Shown in pieces: positions 35,400 to 44,845 of a DNA stretch of 64,000 nucleotides. This stretch comes from Candidatus Korarchaeum sp. GTDB taxonomy: Archaea; Korarchaeota; Korarchaeia; Korarchaeales; Korarchaeaceae. The position numbers and the translations under genes were made by a program. The notes under the pieces were generated by a model. It was not told where the DNA came from. It did no database searches and saw nothing but the letters and a program-made list of their open reading frames with translations. How positions within the stretch are numbered: position 1 is the first letter of the stretch; each line of letters starts with the position of its first letter. Where the stretch lies: contig JAJHQZ010000001.1 in the NCBI GenBank assembly GCA_020833055.1, forward strand, positions 301,141 through 365,140, read 5' to 3'.

Positions 35400-36152
35400 C
35401 TAAGCGAGGAGGCCGCTCTTCATATTTAAATGGTGATCAGTTATAGATGAGGATACCACCTTATCTATCCCTCTCATCTCTCTAATCGTATCTATAGCTT
35501 CAGGGACCGCTGAGAGGATCCCGTATAGGGAGAAGATATTGATAGAGCTCCCGTCCCTCGATGGCTCGATGGATCTCAGGAATAGGATGATAGAGAATAT
35601 AGTGTATCTCCTGAAGAACGGATAGTAGATGCATATCTCATTCAGATCTACCTCGCGATTTATTGAACTCACCCTTCTAGCGGATATTAAATAGTCTCTC
35701 AGGGTCTCTAAATTGAGCCTCTCCGATAACTCTAGCTCGAGCATAGCTGGTCTGAAGAACGGGCAGCAGTATATATCGGAGACCCATCTGATCCTCAATT
35801 TACTCACGGGAATGTCAGATAACCTTGAAAGGATGATATCTCTCGGATTGAGTTGAATACCAGTGCCCTCGAATGTCAACTTAATGCTCAACTCATTCGG
35901 ATCATACTCGATCAGAAAATCGATGTTCTCGAGGAAATCCTCCAGGAATCCCTGTACCTTAATCCCCCTCTCCTTGAAATATTCAAGGCTCGATTCACTG
36001 CAGAATAAATCAGCCATCTCAGATAGATCCTTGGAAAATGGAGTGGGCTTATGGGAGTAGAGACCTATCACATCTATATCGGGTTGGCTCCTCAGCGCAT
36101 CCATTAAGTGAGCTGCATAAGGGTCCTGACCTATGATCCCTATCCTTATCAT
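35400..36152 (-). CDS. Degenerate archaeal (type II) GAPDH-like protein lacking catalytic and NAD-binding motifs
   Basis: N-terminus IRIGIIG...DAL.SQPDIDVIG...E.F.ERGI.V.G.LED.LE.ID and C-terminus VPEAIDTIR.M...S...TD..L match GAPDH-II. GxGxxG and SCNT are absent. The start overlaps the pgk stop. Confidence 0.7.
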   Translation of the reverse strand: MIRIGIIGQDPYAAHLMDALRSQPDIDVIGLYSHKPTPFSKDLSEMADLFCSESSLEYFKERGIKVQGFLEDFLENIDFLIEYDPNELSIKLTFEGTGIQLNPRDIILSRLSDIPVSKLRIRWVSDIYCCPFFRPAMLELELSERLNLETLRDYLISARRVSSINREVDLNEICIYYPFFRRYTIFSIILFLRSIEPSRDGSSINIFSLYGILSAVPEAIDTIREMRGIDKVVSSSITDHHLNMKSGLLA

Positions 36153-37357
36153 CTAGATGAGCTCTCCCTCAGGGCATCGACAGCGGGCAAGGGGAGGCCA
36201 GCGAGACCGTACATAACAGCGCCTCCAGCTGTGTAAACTTTGCTCCCTTTGACCCCTACCATATCGGCTGCTGCGCTGAGATGTCCCCCGCAGAGGACTG
36301 ATTCTTTAGCATATTTCTCCATCGCACTCACTATCTCGAGAGTCCCTCTCCTAGATTCCGGCTTCTCAAATATCCCCATCGGTCCGTTAGCTATAGCTAT
36401 ATCGGCGCCCTTCAACTTCTCCTTGTATAACTCTATCGTACCGACGCCTATATCTATTATCTCGGAATTCTCAGGTATTGCGTAGACTGGGAAGTTCTCG
36501 ATCCTACCATCCTCTAGCTTCACTAGGAAATCGACTGGATAGAGGATCCTACCGGGCGCTTCATTCAAGATCTCCCTGGCTGCTGGGAGTAAGAGGTCCA
36601 GATCCTTCATCTTCTTCATCTTCCCGTTAAGTCTATGACCAGCTGCTAGGGCTAGGAGCATGCCGACAAGCCCCCCTGTCAGGACCTCCGCTGCTTTATT
36701 GTTCCTGATAGCGTGAACCATTACTTTCAGCTTATCGGGGACCTTAGCCCCTCCTAATATGAGTATCCTCCTTCCCTTTATCGAATCTAATTCCATCATC
36801 TCACTTAGCATTTTCTGCATGTTCCTCCCGGCCGCAGAGGGCAGGAGATATGGGAAAGCTACTAAAGAAGGTTGGCTCCTATGAGCAGCTTGAAAAGCAT
36901 CATTAACATAAGCATCGAATAGAGGAGCTAGCTTCTGAACTAAATGTGTCTTTATTAAATCCTTTGGATCTCCTTCTATGTTTTCTTCAGCCATAAATCT
37001 CAAATTCTCGAGCATTATGACTTCTCCCTTCTTCATCTTCTTTATCTTCTCCCTGACTTCGCTGGAGAAGACTCCATCCACGTATTCCACATCTATGCCG
37101 AGCTCCTTAGAGAGCTCTCTCGCATGAGGTTCCGTAGTTATGAAATCGCTGCTTCCAGGTCTTCCCTGATGTGTCCCAACGACTACAGAAGCTCCCCTCT
37201 CAATCAACTCCTTTAGAGTCTTAGCAGCTTGCTTTATCTTCTCAATTTCCATTATTTCACCGTTCTCTCCTATTGGAACGTTCATATCAGCTCTTAAAAA
37301 GACCCTCTTGTTCTCGACATAGAGATCATCGAGAGTAGGTACCCTTCTCGCCTTCAT
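36149..37357 (-). CDS. pgk: Phosphoglycerate kinase
   Basis: RADMNVP, THQGRPG, LENLRF, NDAF.AAHRSQPS, LGGAK..DK, NGPMG.FE and GGHL. ATG 37357. Confidence 0.95.
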   Translation of the reverse strand: MKARRVPTLDDLYVENKRVFLRADMNVPIGENGEIMEIEKIKQAAKTLKELIERGASVVVGTHQGRPGSSDFITTEPHARELSKELGIDVEYVDGVFSSEVREKIKKMKKGEVIMLENLRFMAEENIEGDPKDLIKTHLVQKLAPLFDAYVNDAFQAAHRSQPSLVAFPYLLPSAAGRNMQKMLSEMMELDSIKGRRILILGGAKVPDKLKVMVHAIRNNKAAEVLTGGLVGMLLALAAGHRLNGKMKKMKDLDLLLPAAREILNEAPGRILYPVDFLVKLEDGRIENFPVYAIPENSEIIDIGVGTIELYKEKLKGADIAIANGPMGIFEKPESRRGTLEIVSAMEKYAKESVLCGGHLSAAADMVGVKGSKVYTAGGAVMYGLAGLPLPAVDALRESSSR

Positions 37358-37447
37358 AGAGCACCCCCCGCTCATGCCCTCTGAAAAATTAAATTTTTAT
37401 CTCTTCAACGGAGTGGGCTCGCTAAATAATGGAAAAATTTTTGATAA

Positions 37448-38260
37448 TTACTTCAGGTACTCAGAGAGAGCATCCTTACAGGGACATCCCCTCTCCTTAG
37501 GTACTCTTCTTATAGTTTCCTCAATAAGCCTTGATATATCTTGGATTTTCCTTGAGAATATCTCAATTACTTCTTCTTGTGTCAATTTAACAGCTCCTGA
37601 AACTCCTGCTGCATAATTGGTGACTACTGAAATGCTCGCATAACAGATAGCGAGTTCCCTAGCTAGGGAGGCCTCTGGGCATCCCGTCATACCGACGATA
37701 TCTCCCCCGAGTATTGAGAACGCTCTGATCTCAGCGGGGGTCTCGAACCTATTCCCCTCAGTGCAGACGTAAACACCACTATCCCTGACCCTCAAGCCTA
37801 TACTCTCCGCCGCTTCAATTATGGAAGCTCTTATCTCGGGGCAGTACGTGTATGGAGTCATTGAGACATGTACTACACCGCTTATCTCCCTTCCTCTGAC
37901 TTTGATTGTAGTCTCCCCATCGTAAAATGTCATATCCCTGCATTTCGTCATATCTATGAAATCGTGAGGTATTACTATCGTCCCTGGCTCTAGATCCGGA
38001 TTTATCGATCCTACTGCATTCGTGGCGATTATCCTCTCAACTTCAAGCATGTTGAGGGCGTAGAGATTCGCCTTATAGTTCACTTTGAAGGGAGGGAACT
38101 TATGCGAGGTCCCATGCCTCGGTATGAAGGCGACCTCCTCTCCAGCTAGCTCGCCCAATTGTACATCGCAGTAGCCGAAGGGAGTGTCTAATCTCAGTGT
38201 TTTAGGATTTTCTAGGAGCTTATATAATCCACTCCCACCTATTATGCCTACTCTCACCAT
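37448..38260 (-). CDS. mtnP: S-methyl-5'-thioadenosine phosphorylase (PNP/MTAP family)
   Basis: GIIGGSG, PRHG..H, NAVGS, HVSMT, EG.RFET.AE, GMT..PE..LAREL and TNYAAG. Confidence 0.93.
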   Translation of the reverse strand: MVRVGIIGGSGLYKLLENPKTLRLDTPFGYCDVQLGELAGEEVAFIPRHGTSHKFPPFKVNYKANLYALNMLEVERIIATNAVGSINPDLEPGTIVIPHDFIDMTKCRDMTFYDGETTIKVRGREISGVVHVSMTPYTYCPEIRASIIEAAESIGLRVRDSGVYVCTEGNRFETPAEIRAFSILGGDIVGMTGCPEASLARELAICYASISVVTNYAAGVSGAVKLTQEEVIEIFSRKIQDISRLIEETIRRVPKERGCPCKDALSEYLK

Positions 38261-38358
38261 GAAGGTCCCTCTATATACTCCCGTCGATGGAGGTAATTTT
38301 TATAACTCATGCGCGTAAGTACTCGCGCCTAGAGCAAAGTTTCTAAGGGGGTGTAAGT

Positions 38359-40023
38359 ATGGCCCTAGCCACAGTCGGTGGGAGACCAGTCCTGATATTG
38401 AAAGAAGGAACTACGAGGACGAGAGGAGATGAGGCTAGGAGGATAAATATAATGGCAGCGAGGGCAATAGCTGATGCCGTTAAGACGACGCTAGGCCCTA
38501 AGGGAATGGATAAGATGATAGTGGATTCTATCGGCGATATAACGGTTAGCAACGATGGGGCCACGATACTACAGGAGATGGAAGTCGCCCATCCAGCTGC
38601 GAAATTGATGGTAAACTTAGCTAAAGCTCAGGATAAGGAGGTAGGGGACGGGACGACAACTAGCGTAGTTCTCGCAGGGGAGCTTTTGATAGAGGCTGAG
38701 TCGTTACTGCAGAAGGACATACATCCGACTGTCATAGTCGAGGGGTATGAGAGAGCTCTGAAGTTCGTGGAGCAGGAGTTGGAGAAGCTCGCTATAAAAG
38801 TCAACCCTGATGATGAGGAATGGCTCATGAAGGTCGCTGAGACAGCTATGAGTAGCAAGCTCGTGAGTGGTGAGAAGAGGAAGCTAGCTGAGATAGCTGT
38901 CAAGGCTGTGAAAGCTGTCGAGGAGATGAAAGGGGATAAGAGGTACGTAGATATAGATAACGTGAAGATAGTGAAGAAGAAGGGCAAGAGTTTAGCTGAG
39001 ACAGAGTTCGTCAAGGGGATAATATTGGACAAGGAAGTCGTCCATGGGGACATGCCGAAGAGCGTGAGGAACGCTAAGATAGCGATTCTAAATGTACCGC
39101 TAGAGATAAAGAAGCCCGAGATAGACATGGAGGTTCAGATATCGTCCCCGCAAGAGCTGAGGGAGTTCATAGAGCAGGAGACCAGGATCCTGAGGGAGAA
39201 GGTAGAGAAAATACATTCTGTGGGTGCTAACGTTGTCTTCTGCCAGAAGGGGATAGATGAAGTAGCTCAGCACTTCTTAGCGAAGTACGGCATAATGGCA
39301 GTCAGGAGGGTAAGCGAGAAAGACATGCAGAGGATAGAGAAGGCTACTGGAGGAAAAATAGTCAACAACTTGGATGATTTGACTGAGAATGAGCTTGGAA
39401 GGGCTGGGCTCGTTGAGGAGAGGAAGATAGGAGATGATAAGATGATATTCATTGAGGAGTGCGAGAACCCGAGGGCTGTCACGATATTACTGAGGGCTGG
39501 AGCCGATACGATACTTGATGAGGCTGAGAGAGGGCTCAAGGATGCCCTATACGTCATAAGGAATGTAGTTGAGGATGGGAAGGTATTCTACGGAGGCGGC
39601 TCCATACAGGAGGAGCTAGCGATAAGGTTGAGGGAGTATGCTCACTCAGAGAGAGGGAAGGAGCAGCTCGCAATGGAGTCTTTCGCTAATGCTTTAGAGA
39701 GCATCCCCAGGATATTAGCTGAGAACGCTGGCATGGACGCTGTGGATGCGATAGTCGAGTTGAGGAACGCTCACAAGTCAGGGAAGATATCCGCGGGGAT
39801 AGATGTCCTCAACGGTAAGGTCGGAGATATGGCTGAGCTCGGAGTCGTCGATACTTACAGAGGAGTGAAGAACGCTATAGCTGCAGCCACTGAGACAGCT
39901 ATCCTGATAATAAAGACGGACGATATAATAGCCGCTAAGCCATACGAGGAGAAGGGGAAGGAGAAGGGCAAGGGCGGAGAGGAAGAGGAGGGTGGCGGTG
40001 AGTTTAAATCTGAGTTCGACTGA
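38359..40023 (+). CDS. ths: Thermosome (group II chaperonin) subunit
   Basis: TLGPKGMDKM, NDGATIL, GDGTTT, QKGID and GGGS; acidic C-terminal tail. Confidence 0.98.
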   Translation: MALATVGGRPVLILKEGTTRTRGDEARRINIMAARAIADAVKTTLGPKGMDKMIVDSIGDITVSNDGATILQEMEVAHPAAKLMVNLAKAQDKEVGDGTTTSVVLAGELLIEAESLLQKDIHPTVIVEGYERALKFVEQELEKLAIKVNPDDEEWLMKVAETAMSSKLVSGEKRKLAEIAVKAVKAVEEMKGDKRYVDIDNVKIVKKKGKSLAETEFVKGIILDKEVVHGDMPKSVRNAKIAILNVPLEIKKPEIDMEVQISSPQELREFIEQETRILREKVEKIHSVGANVVFCQKGIDEVAQHFLAKYGIMAVRRVSEKDMQRIEKATGGKIVNNLDDLTENELGRAGLVEERKIGDDKMIFIEECENPRAVTILLRAGADTILDEAERGLKDALYVIRNVVEDGKVFYGGGSIQEELAIRLREYAHSERGKEQLAMESFANALESIPRILAENAGMDAVDAIVELRNAHKSGKISAGIDVLNGKVGDMAELGVVDTYRGVKNAIAAATETAILIIKTDDIIAAKPYEEKGKEKGKGGEEEEGGGEFKSEFD

Positions 40024-40038
40024 TGGTCCCCGATAGGA

Positions 40039-40923
40039 ATGAAATGGATCGATAGGGAAGCCGGGAAGATCCTCGGGATAAATGCCTTCGATCTTTTTTT
40101 ACTACTCATAATTTTGTGTGCTGGCGGCTATTATGCCTATGAGAACTTAGTTCCGCCGCCTCAAGAGGTCAGCTCATTCTCCGGGTTGAACATAAGGAAT
40201 GCGGCTCTGGAGTACAGTAGGCTCTCGGGTCTGGGCTATCTAGTTTACGCTAGAGTGGATGGTACTTGGACTATGAACGGCACGGAGCTTCATGACGATA
40301 TTCTAATAACCTGGGCTTATGAGACAAGGCTATTCGGATGGTATAAGGGGAGCAGGGTCACGATAGGGGGGCCGAATGCCTACGTTGAGGACATCGCTGC
40401 TACCCAAATAACATTCAAGACAGCCACGCCCTCCGTAATAAGGATTTATGTGACTCAGATAAATGGAAGCACATTGTCCGAAATATCGGATAGGTTAGAG
40501 GAAATTTCGAGAAATGTGGCAGGTAGATATGGAGTAGGCAATGTCCTGATCAGATCATCTCTCGTCATAAGAGTCCCCGGGTTGAAGCCAGACGCCTTCA
40601 TCTACAGCCAGCTCAGGAATAAGATATACAGTAGGGTACCCTGGGGCTACCCATATTTCAATCTAGGGGATTCCTACATAACGGTGATATTCGATTACAC
40701 TCAGAGGAATTTCCTCACTACAGATGACCTGAGGACGATAGACTCCATACTGAGGGAGCTGAACATAAGTTACAGTGGCGTGATCCTTTACGATGGATAT
40801 GTCTTCATAGGGACCGAGAAGCCCCTGACCGGTGTCTCGGTCTACGCCGAACTTCTGGAGAACGCTAGGAAGTACTCGAATACGATAGATCTAACGAAGT
40901 TGACGTATACGGTGAAGCCGTGA
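40039..40923 (+). CDS. Membrane-anchored extracytoplasmic protein with DUF4330-like N-terminus
   Basis: WIDREAGKILGINAFDL plus one TM resembles the DUF4330 N-terminal motif (ID..GK.FG.IN..D), followed by a ~260-aa soluble domain. Confidence 0.5.
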   Translation: MKWIDREAGKILGINAFDLFLLLIILCAGGYYAYENLVPPPQEVSSFSGLNIRNAALEYSRLSGLGYLVYARVDGTWTMNGTELHDDILITWAYETRLFGWYKGSRVTIGGPNAYVEDIAATQITFKTATPSVIRIYVTQINGSTLSEISDRLEEISRNVAGRYGVGNVLIRSSLVIRVPGLKPDAFIYSQLRNKIYSRVPWGYPYFNLGDSYITVIFDYTQRNFLTTDDLRTIDSILRELNISYSGVILYDGYVFIGTEKPLTGVSVYAELLENARKYSNTIDLTKLTYTVKP

Positions 40924-40924
40924 G

Positions 40925-42226
40925 GTGCCCCGTTTGATCCTCTCTATACTGATCAGATCCTTTAAGAGCTCTCTCATAGGGAGAAAGTTGATTAGATTAA
41001 GGCCATCGATAATAAAGGGGAGCCTCACATATAGAGCTTTAATTTTAATCTATAAGACTCTCAGCGATTCATATGATAGATCTTTCATTGTGAGATTACT
41101 CAGGAAGCTCTGCTACCCGATCGAGAGCAAAGTCACACTCCAAAAATTCCAATTTAAGGAAGGAAGTTTACTGAAAAGGGCTTTAGATATCTTTCTATCA
41201 CCATTCATCCTCCCCATAGGCTTCTTATTCTTCTTTATGGTCTCCTTGGTGAGGGTGTGCGAGGGCACCGTCCTCCTACTCCTCCTGACCGTGATATCGA
41301 TGCTACTGGGAATAGCTTTAGCCAGGGCCGAGGAGGAAATGGAGGTGATAGATCCGAGGGGTTTCGTCCTCTTCCTAGGAGCCTCGATGTTCCTCATAGG
41401 TTACGCTGCTTTCATCGTCCAGATAGCGAATGCAGGCGGGATCCCTCTGCTAGATGAGCAAGTTAGGCGGAAGCTCCCAGCGGAGCTCAACTACCTCTCA
41501 TGGACGACGGTCCCGGGTGCTGCATTCATACTCTCTTCATCGAGAGTGAGGAGATGCGAGGCTATTCTATTCTCCATAATAGGGTTCATACCATCTTTCC
41601 TGCTCGCTTTCAGGACTGAGATGATAGCATACATACTCGCGGTCCTCGTAGTACTATACAATAGGAAGTTGATAGGACCTGTGTTCATAACGACTGCGTT
41701 CATAACGCTGATAATATCCTTCATAGGGGTTGGGGCGTTCAGATCCATAGCGACGGGGCTAGTCCAGAACCCAATAACCTCTGTCCTCTATAGACCGACT
41801 ATAACTGTCGCAGCTCTAGATACTATCGTTAGACTCTATGGCTTCAGGCCAATTACGAATGGTTACATTCATCTAGCTGCGATATCCTCCCTTGGGCTCA
41901 TAAGCGGGCCTAGATACGGACCCAGGAACCTCATAGGCAGGTACACCCTTGGGAGGACCGATGTATCTACGACAGCTACGCTCATAGGGGGGCCGCTCTT
42001 AGATTGGGGGATCCTAGGGGTCTTTGCATCCTCTCTAATATACTCCTATATTTTAGCACTATCCCACAGGTTCTCCAGGGGGAGGGAGGCGCTCCTAGGT
42101 CCCTACGCAGTCATATATTCGTACTTAGTCGTGGGGATCGAGACAGGGATATTGGATCTCAATGTCTACATCTACCTTTTAATCTCGATCCTCATCACAA
42201 TATTCTCGCTGAGGCCTAGAAGATGA
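40925..42226 (+). CDS. Oligosaccharide repeat unit polymerase (Wzy-like, archaeal O-antigen polymerase family)
   Basis: Polytopic; GGIPLLD...RR, AFRT, GPR..IG and T.TL.G...LD.G..G. Confidence 0.75.
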   Translation: MPRLILSILIRSFKSSLIGRKLIRLRPSIIKGSLTYRALILIYKTLSDSYDRSFIVRLLRKLCYPIESKVTLQKFQFKEGSLLKRALDIFLSPFILPIGFLFFFMVSLVRVCEGTVLLLLLTVISMLLGIALARAEEEMEVIDPRGFVLFLGASMFLIGYAAFIVQIANAGGIPLLDEQVRRKLPAELNYLSWTTVPGAAFILSSSRVRRCEAILFSIIGFIPSFLLAFRTEMIAYILAVLVVLYNRKLIGPVFITTAFITLIISFIGVGAFRSIATGLVQNPITSVLYRPTITVAALDTIVRLYGFRPITNGYIHLAAISSLGLISGPRYGPRNLIGRYTLGRTDVSTTATLIGGPLLDWGILGVFASSLIYSYILALSHRFSRGREALLGPYAVIYSYLVVGIETGILDLNVYIYLLISILITIFSLRPRR

Positions 42227-43371
42227 AAGTTCGAGAGGTAATAATACATCCCTCCTCAGGGATTTTTATAATTTTAGTCTCTATAATGATCTCCGGTTCA
42301 ATTAAATTCGGTATATCTTATCAATGGCTCCTCTCATCACTCTCAGGCCTAGCGTCATTCACATTGGGCGTCATCTCAGCGAACCGCTTGGGCATCAAGT
42401 TCCTGATGATATCATCAGAGATAGCCCTATTCATCATAATATTTTTCTCATTTTTAAGGATAGCGGGCTATTACTCATTCTTAATATCACTTCTATGGTT
42501 GGCAGTCGCGAACATCTCCTCGTTACTCATCAGAGCGAAGGAAGTGAGGGTACCTGTATATTCGATCATTACATATATCCTAGGCTCGTCCCTCGTCATT
42601 TACTCCTACCTCAAGATACCGGATATCGCGGAGCTGAGGGCCTCACCCAGCGTACCGGTTGAGGGTGCGTTCGGGATGTTCTTAATTTTCATATCATATC
42701 CAAGTATCTTCTCCTGGCTTTTGAAATCAAATTCAATTTATTCAGCATTATTCTCAGTATTTAGCATATCCCTCATGCTCCTCCACGGCTTCAGAGCTGA
42801 CGCCATTCTAGTGCTACTCTCTACGTTCCTCCTAGTATGGAGGAGGAGCAGGCATCTCTCATACCTCCTCTTGTTATCAGCACTGCTCCTCTACATAGGA
42901 ATAGATATTATTAGAGCTAAACTCGCGATATCAGCATTGGAGAGGCCTATCTTCCGGCTCAGTACGACTTACTATTACTCGAAGGAGTTAGCATCGTATT
43001 TCCTCAAGTTAATACCTATAGAACCATTCTGGCTTACTTCCATACCGTTGCATCAATCCCAGACTATAGGAAGAGGTATCTTCGGTAAGGATTTCGGGAT
43101 AACTCCGACTATATTCATCGGGATGCTGATGGACCTAGGTTTCATCGGGATGCTTCTCTTATCCTTCTTCATAGGTTCCGCGACTAGTTACTCCTATGGG
43201 AAGTTCATCTCAGGGGATGACGAATTTTCGTACACTGTAATATGGCCCATCATAATAACTAGAACGGAGATAGGGTTGACTCAGCTCGACCTCGCTCTGA
43301 TATTCGGGTCCACTATATTCTCCCTCTTACTCAACTTTTTTAATGGGTCTCGTGACTTGAGAGGAGGGTAA
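42223..43371 (+). CDS. Second oligosaccharide repeat unit polymerase paralogue (Wzy-like)
   Basis: Polytopic; GFRADA, RP.FRL.TT, IG...FG...GITPTIF.G...DLG..G and E.G..QLD. Confidence 0.7.
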   Translation: MKVREVIIHPSSGIFIILVSIMISGSIKFGISYQWLLSSLSGLASFTLGVISANRLGIKFLMISSEIALFIIIFFSFLRIAGYYSFLISLLWLAVANISSLLIRAKEVRVPVYSIITYILGSSLVIYSYLKIPDIAELRASPSVPVEGAFGMFLIFISYPSIFSWLLKSNSIYSALFSVFSISLMLLHGFRADAILVLLSTFLLVWRRSRHLSYLLLLSALLLYIGIDIIRAKLAISALERPIFRLSTTYYYSKELASYFLKLIPIEPFWLTSIPLHQSQTIGRGIFGKDFGITPTIFIGMLMDLGFIGMLLLSFFIGSATSYSYGKFISGDDEFSYTVIWPIIITRTEIGLTQLDLALIFGSTIFSLLLNFFNGSRDLRGG

Positions 43372-43375
43372 GAGA

Positions 43376-43780
43376 ATGCCGTACTACTACCACGGTCCCG
43401 TGATGCCTGGGGGCAGGAAGCCGACAGGCGGGAAGATAAGAGTGAGTAGAGGGAAGAGGAAGAGAGAAGCGGGGAGGCATCCAGCTTTCACAACGATAGG
43501 TGAGAGGAGACTCAAGCTAGTGAGGATAAGGGGAGGAGGGATAAAGTTGAGGCTCATATCAGGTAATGAAGTGAACGTAGCGGTAGGGGGAGGTCTGACG
43601 AAGAGAGCTAAGATACTGAGCTTCATAGAGAATCCATCCGATAAGACTTTGAGTAGGAGGGGTATAATAACTAAGGGAGCTCTAGTTAAGACCGACTTAG
43701 GGATTGTGAGGATCACTTCGAGAGCCGGTCAGCACGGCGTACTGAACGGAGTCCTAGTGAGTGGGGATGTCGCATCGTAG
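43376..43780 (+). CDS. rps8e: 30S ribosomal protein S8e
   Basis: RKPTGG, KRK.E.GR.P..T, R.RGG..K.RL, ITKGAL..T..G...ITSR.GQ.GV.NGVL. Confidence 0.96.
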   Translation: MPYYYHGPVMPGGRKPTGGKIRVSRGKRKREAGRHPAFTTIGERRLKLVRIRGGGIKLRLISGNEVNVAVGGGLTKRAKILSFIENPSDKTLSRRGIITKGALVKTDLGIVRITSRAGQHGVLNGVLVSGDVAS

Positions 43781-44084
43781 GGAGAGGAAGGTGATATATC
43801 CCTCTTACTTCGACTCCAGATTAAGCAGGAAGGATGGGAGGAGGGTTCCTAGGAGTCTAGCAATAAGGGGACCGACTCTCCAAGACCTAGTGAACGCCCT
43901 AAAATCCCTCTCAATTAGATTCTATGTAGAGAAGGATAAGGGGAGACCTTCTAGATGGTATAAATTTGAGGGACGCGTTTTAGTCCATTATGAGGGGAAA
44001 AAGGAGGAACTCCTCAAGACATTAGCTAGGGAGATGGTGAGGCAGAGGCGTGAGGTTTCTGGGGGAAGTAGTCAGAGTAACTAG
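43767..44084 (+). CDS. srp19: Signal recognition particle protein SRP19
   Basis: VIYP.YFDS..SR..GRRVP, K..PS.W...GRV and K..LL..LA. Confidence 0.93.
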   Translation: MSHRRERKVIYPSYFDSRLSRKDGRRVPRSLAIRGPTLQDLVNALKSLSIRFYVEKDKGRPSRWYKFEGRVLVHYEGKKEELLKTLAREMVRQRREVSGGSSQSN

Positions 44085-44337
44085 ATCGAGGAACTTCCTA
44101 GTTAGATTGAAGCCTCCCTTAAAAGAGGATTTAAAGGGGTCCAAAGTTCTACTTGAAGATCTATCCTTAGTAGGGATCGTTAGTGATATAATAGGGCCTG
44201 TCCATGAGCCTTATGCTTTAGTCAAGATATTGATTCCCTTGGATAGAGCTAAGGAGCTCATAGGTAAGAGGGTTTATCTAGCGGAGAGGGGCGATGAGAA
44301 GATCCTGAGGTCCGGAGAAGGTCTATTATCTTATTGA
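44050..44337 (+). CDS. gar1: H/ACA RNP protein Gar1/Naf1
   Basis: LG.V, VGIVSDIIGPV.EPYA.VK. Confidence 0.88.
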   Translation: MRFLGEVVRVTRSRNFLVRLKPPLKEDLKGSKVLLEDLSLVGIVSDIIGPVHEPYALVKILIPLDRAKELIGKRVYLAERGDEKILRSGEGLLSY

Positions 44338-44845
44338 ATAGATAGTTAGATATCCTCTCAGAATCCCCTCTCTCGATAGTCACGACCTCTGAGGAGCTCT
44401 TCAGCCTCTCTATCTCTCCTATCTTAACTAAGGGCGCTGTACCAACAGAAATAGTATCAGATTCCCATATATCCCTAACTATCTCGAGGAACTTCCCTGA
44501 GAGGAGCTCCATCTTCCCTATCTCATCTATTATCACGACATCGCATTCCTCTAAAGCCCTTCTCAATGCGGGTATGGCTATAGACTCGAATCTCATCACA
44601 TCCACTCTATACTTCGATATAGAGGGACCCTCCTTGAAATCAGTCGATGCGAAGACATCAGTCCATCCCGTGAGTATATCCTCGACAGCGAATCCCTTTC
44701 TCACCCCCCTCTCCCTCAGCTCCGGTGTCCTTATACCTCCGACCTTGATACCGCTGGCTCTCAGTTTCTCGAGGAGGAGCTTGATGCAAGTGGACTTCCC
44801 AGACCCGGGCCTCCCTATTATAATGAACTTCCCCTCCTTCCTCAT
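44258..44845 (-). CDS. Nucleoside-triphosphatase (THEP1 / NTPase_1 family)
   Basis: GRPGSGKST, GGI.TPE.RE.G.R.GF, KY.V and IIDEIGKMEL. Confidence 0.9.
   Translation of the reverse strand: MRKEGKFIIIGRPGSGKSTCIKLLLEKLRASGIKVGGIRTPELRERGVRKGFAVEDILTGWTDVFASTDFKEGPSISKYRVDVMRFESIAIPALRRALEECDVVIIDEIGKMELLSGKFLEIVRDIWESDTISVGTAPLVKIGEIERLKSSSEVVTIERGDSERISNYLFNKIIDLLRTSGSSHRPSPLDKPSYL

Noticed and set aside
39945-40020. Long purine-only tract at the end of the thermosome gene
   Set aside because: It simply encodes the low-complexity Glu/Lys/Gly C-terminal tail typical of thermosomes.
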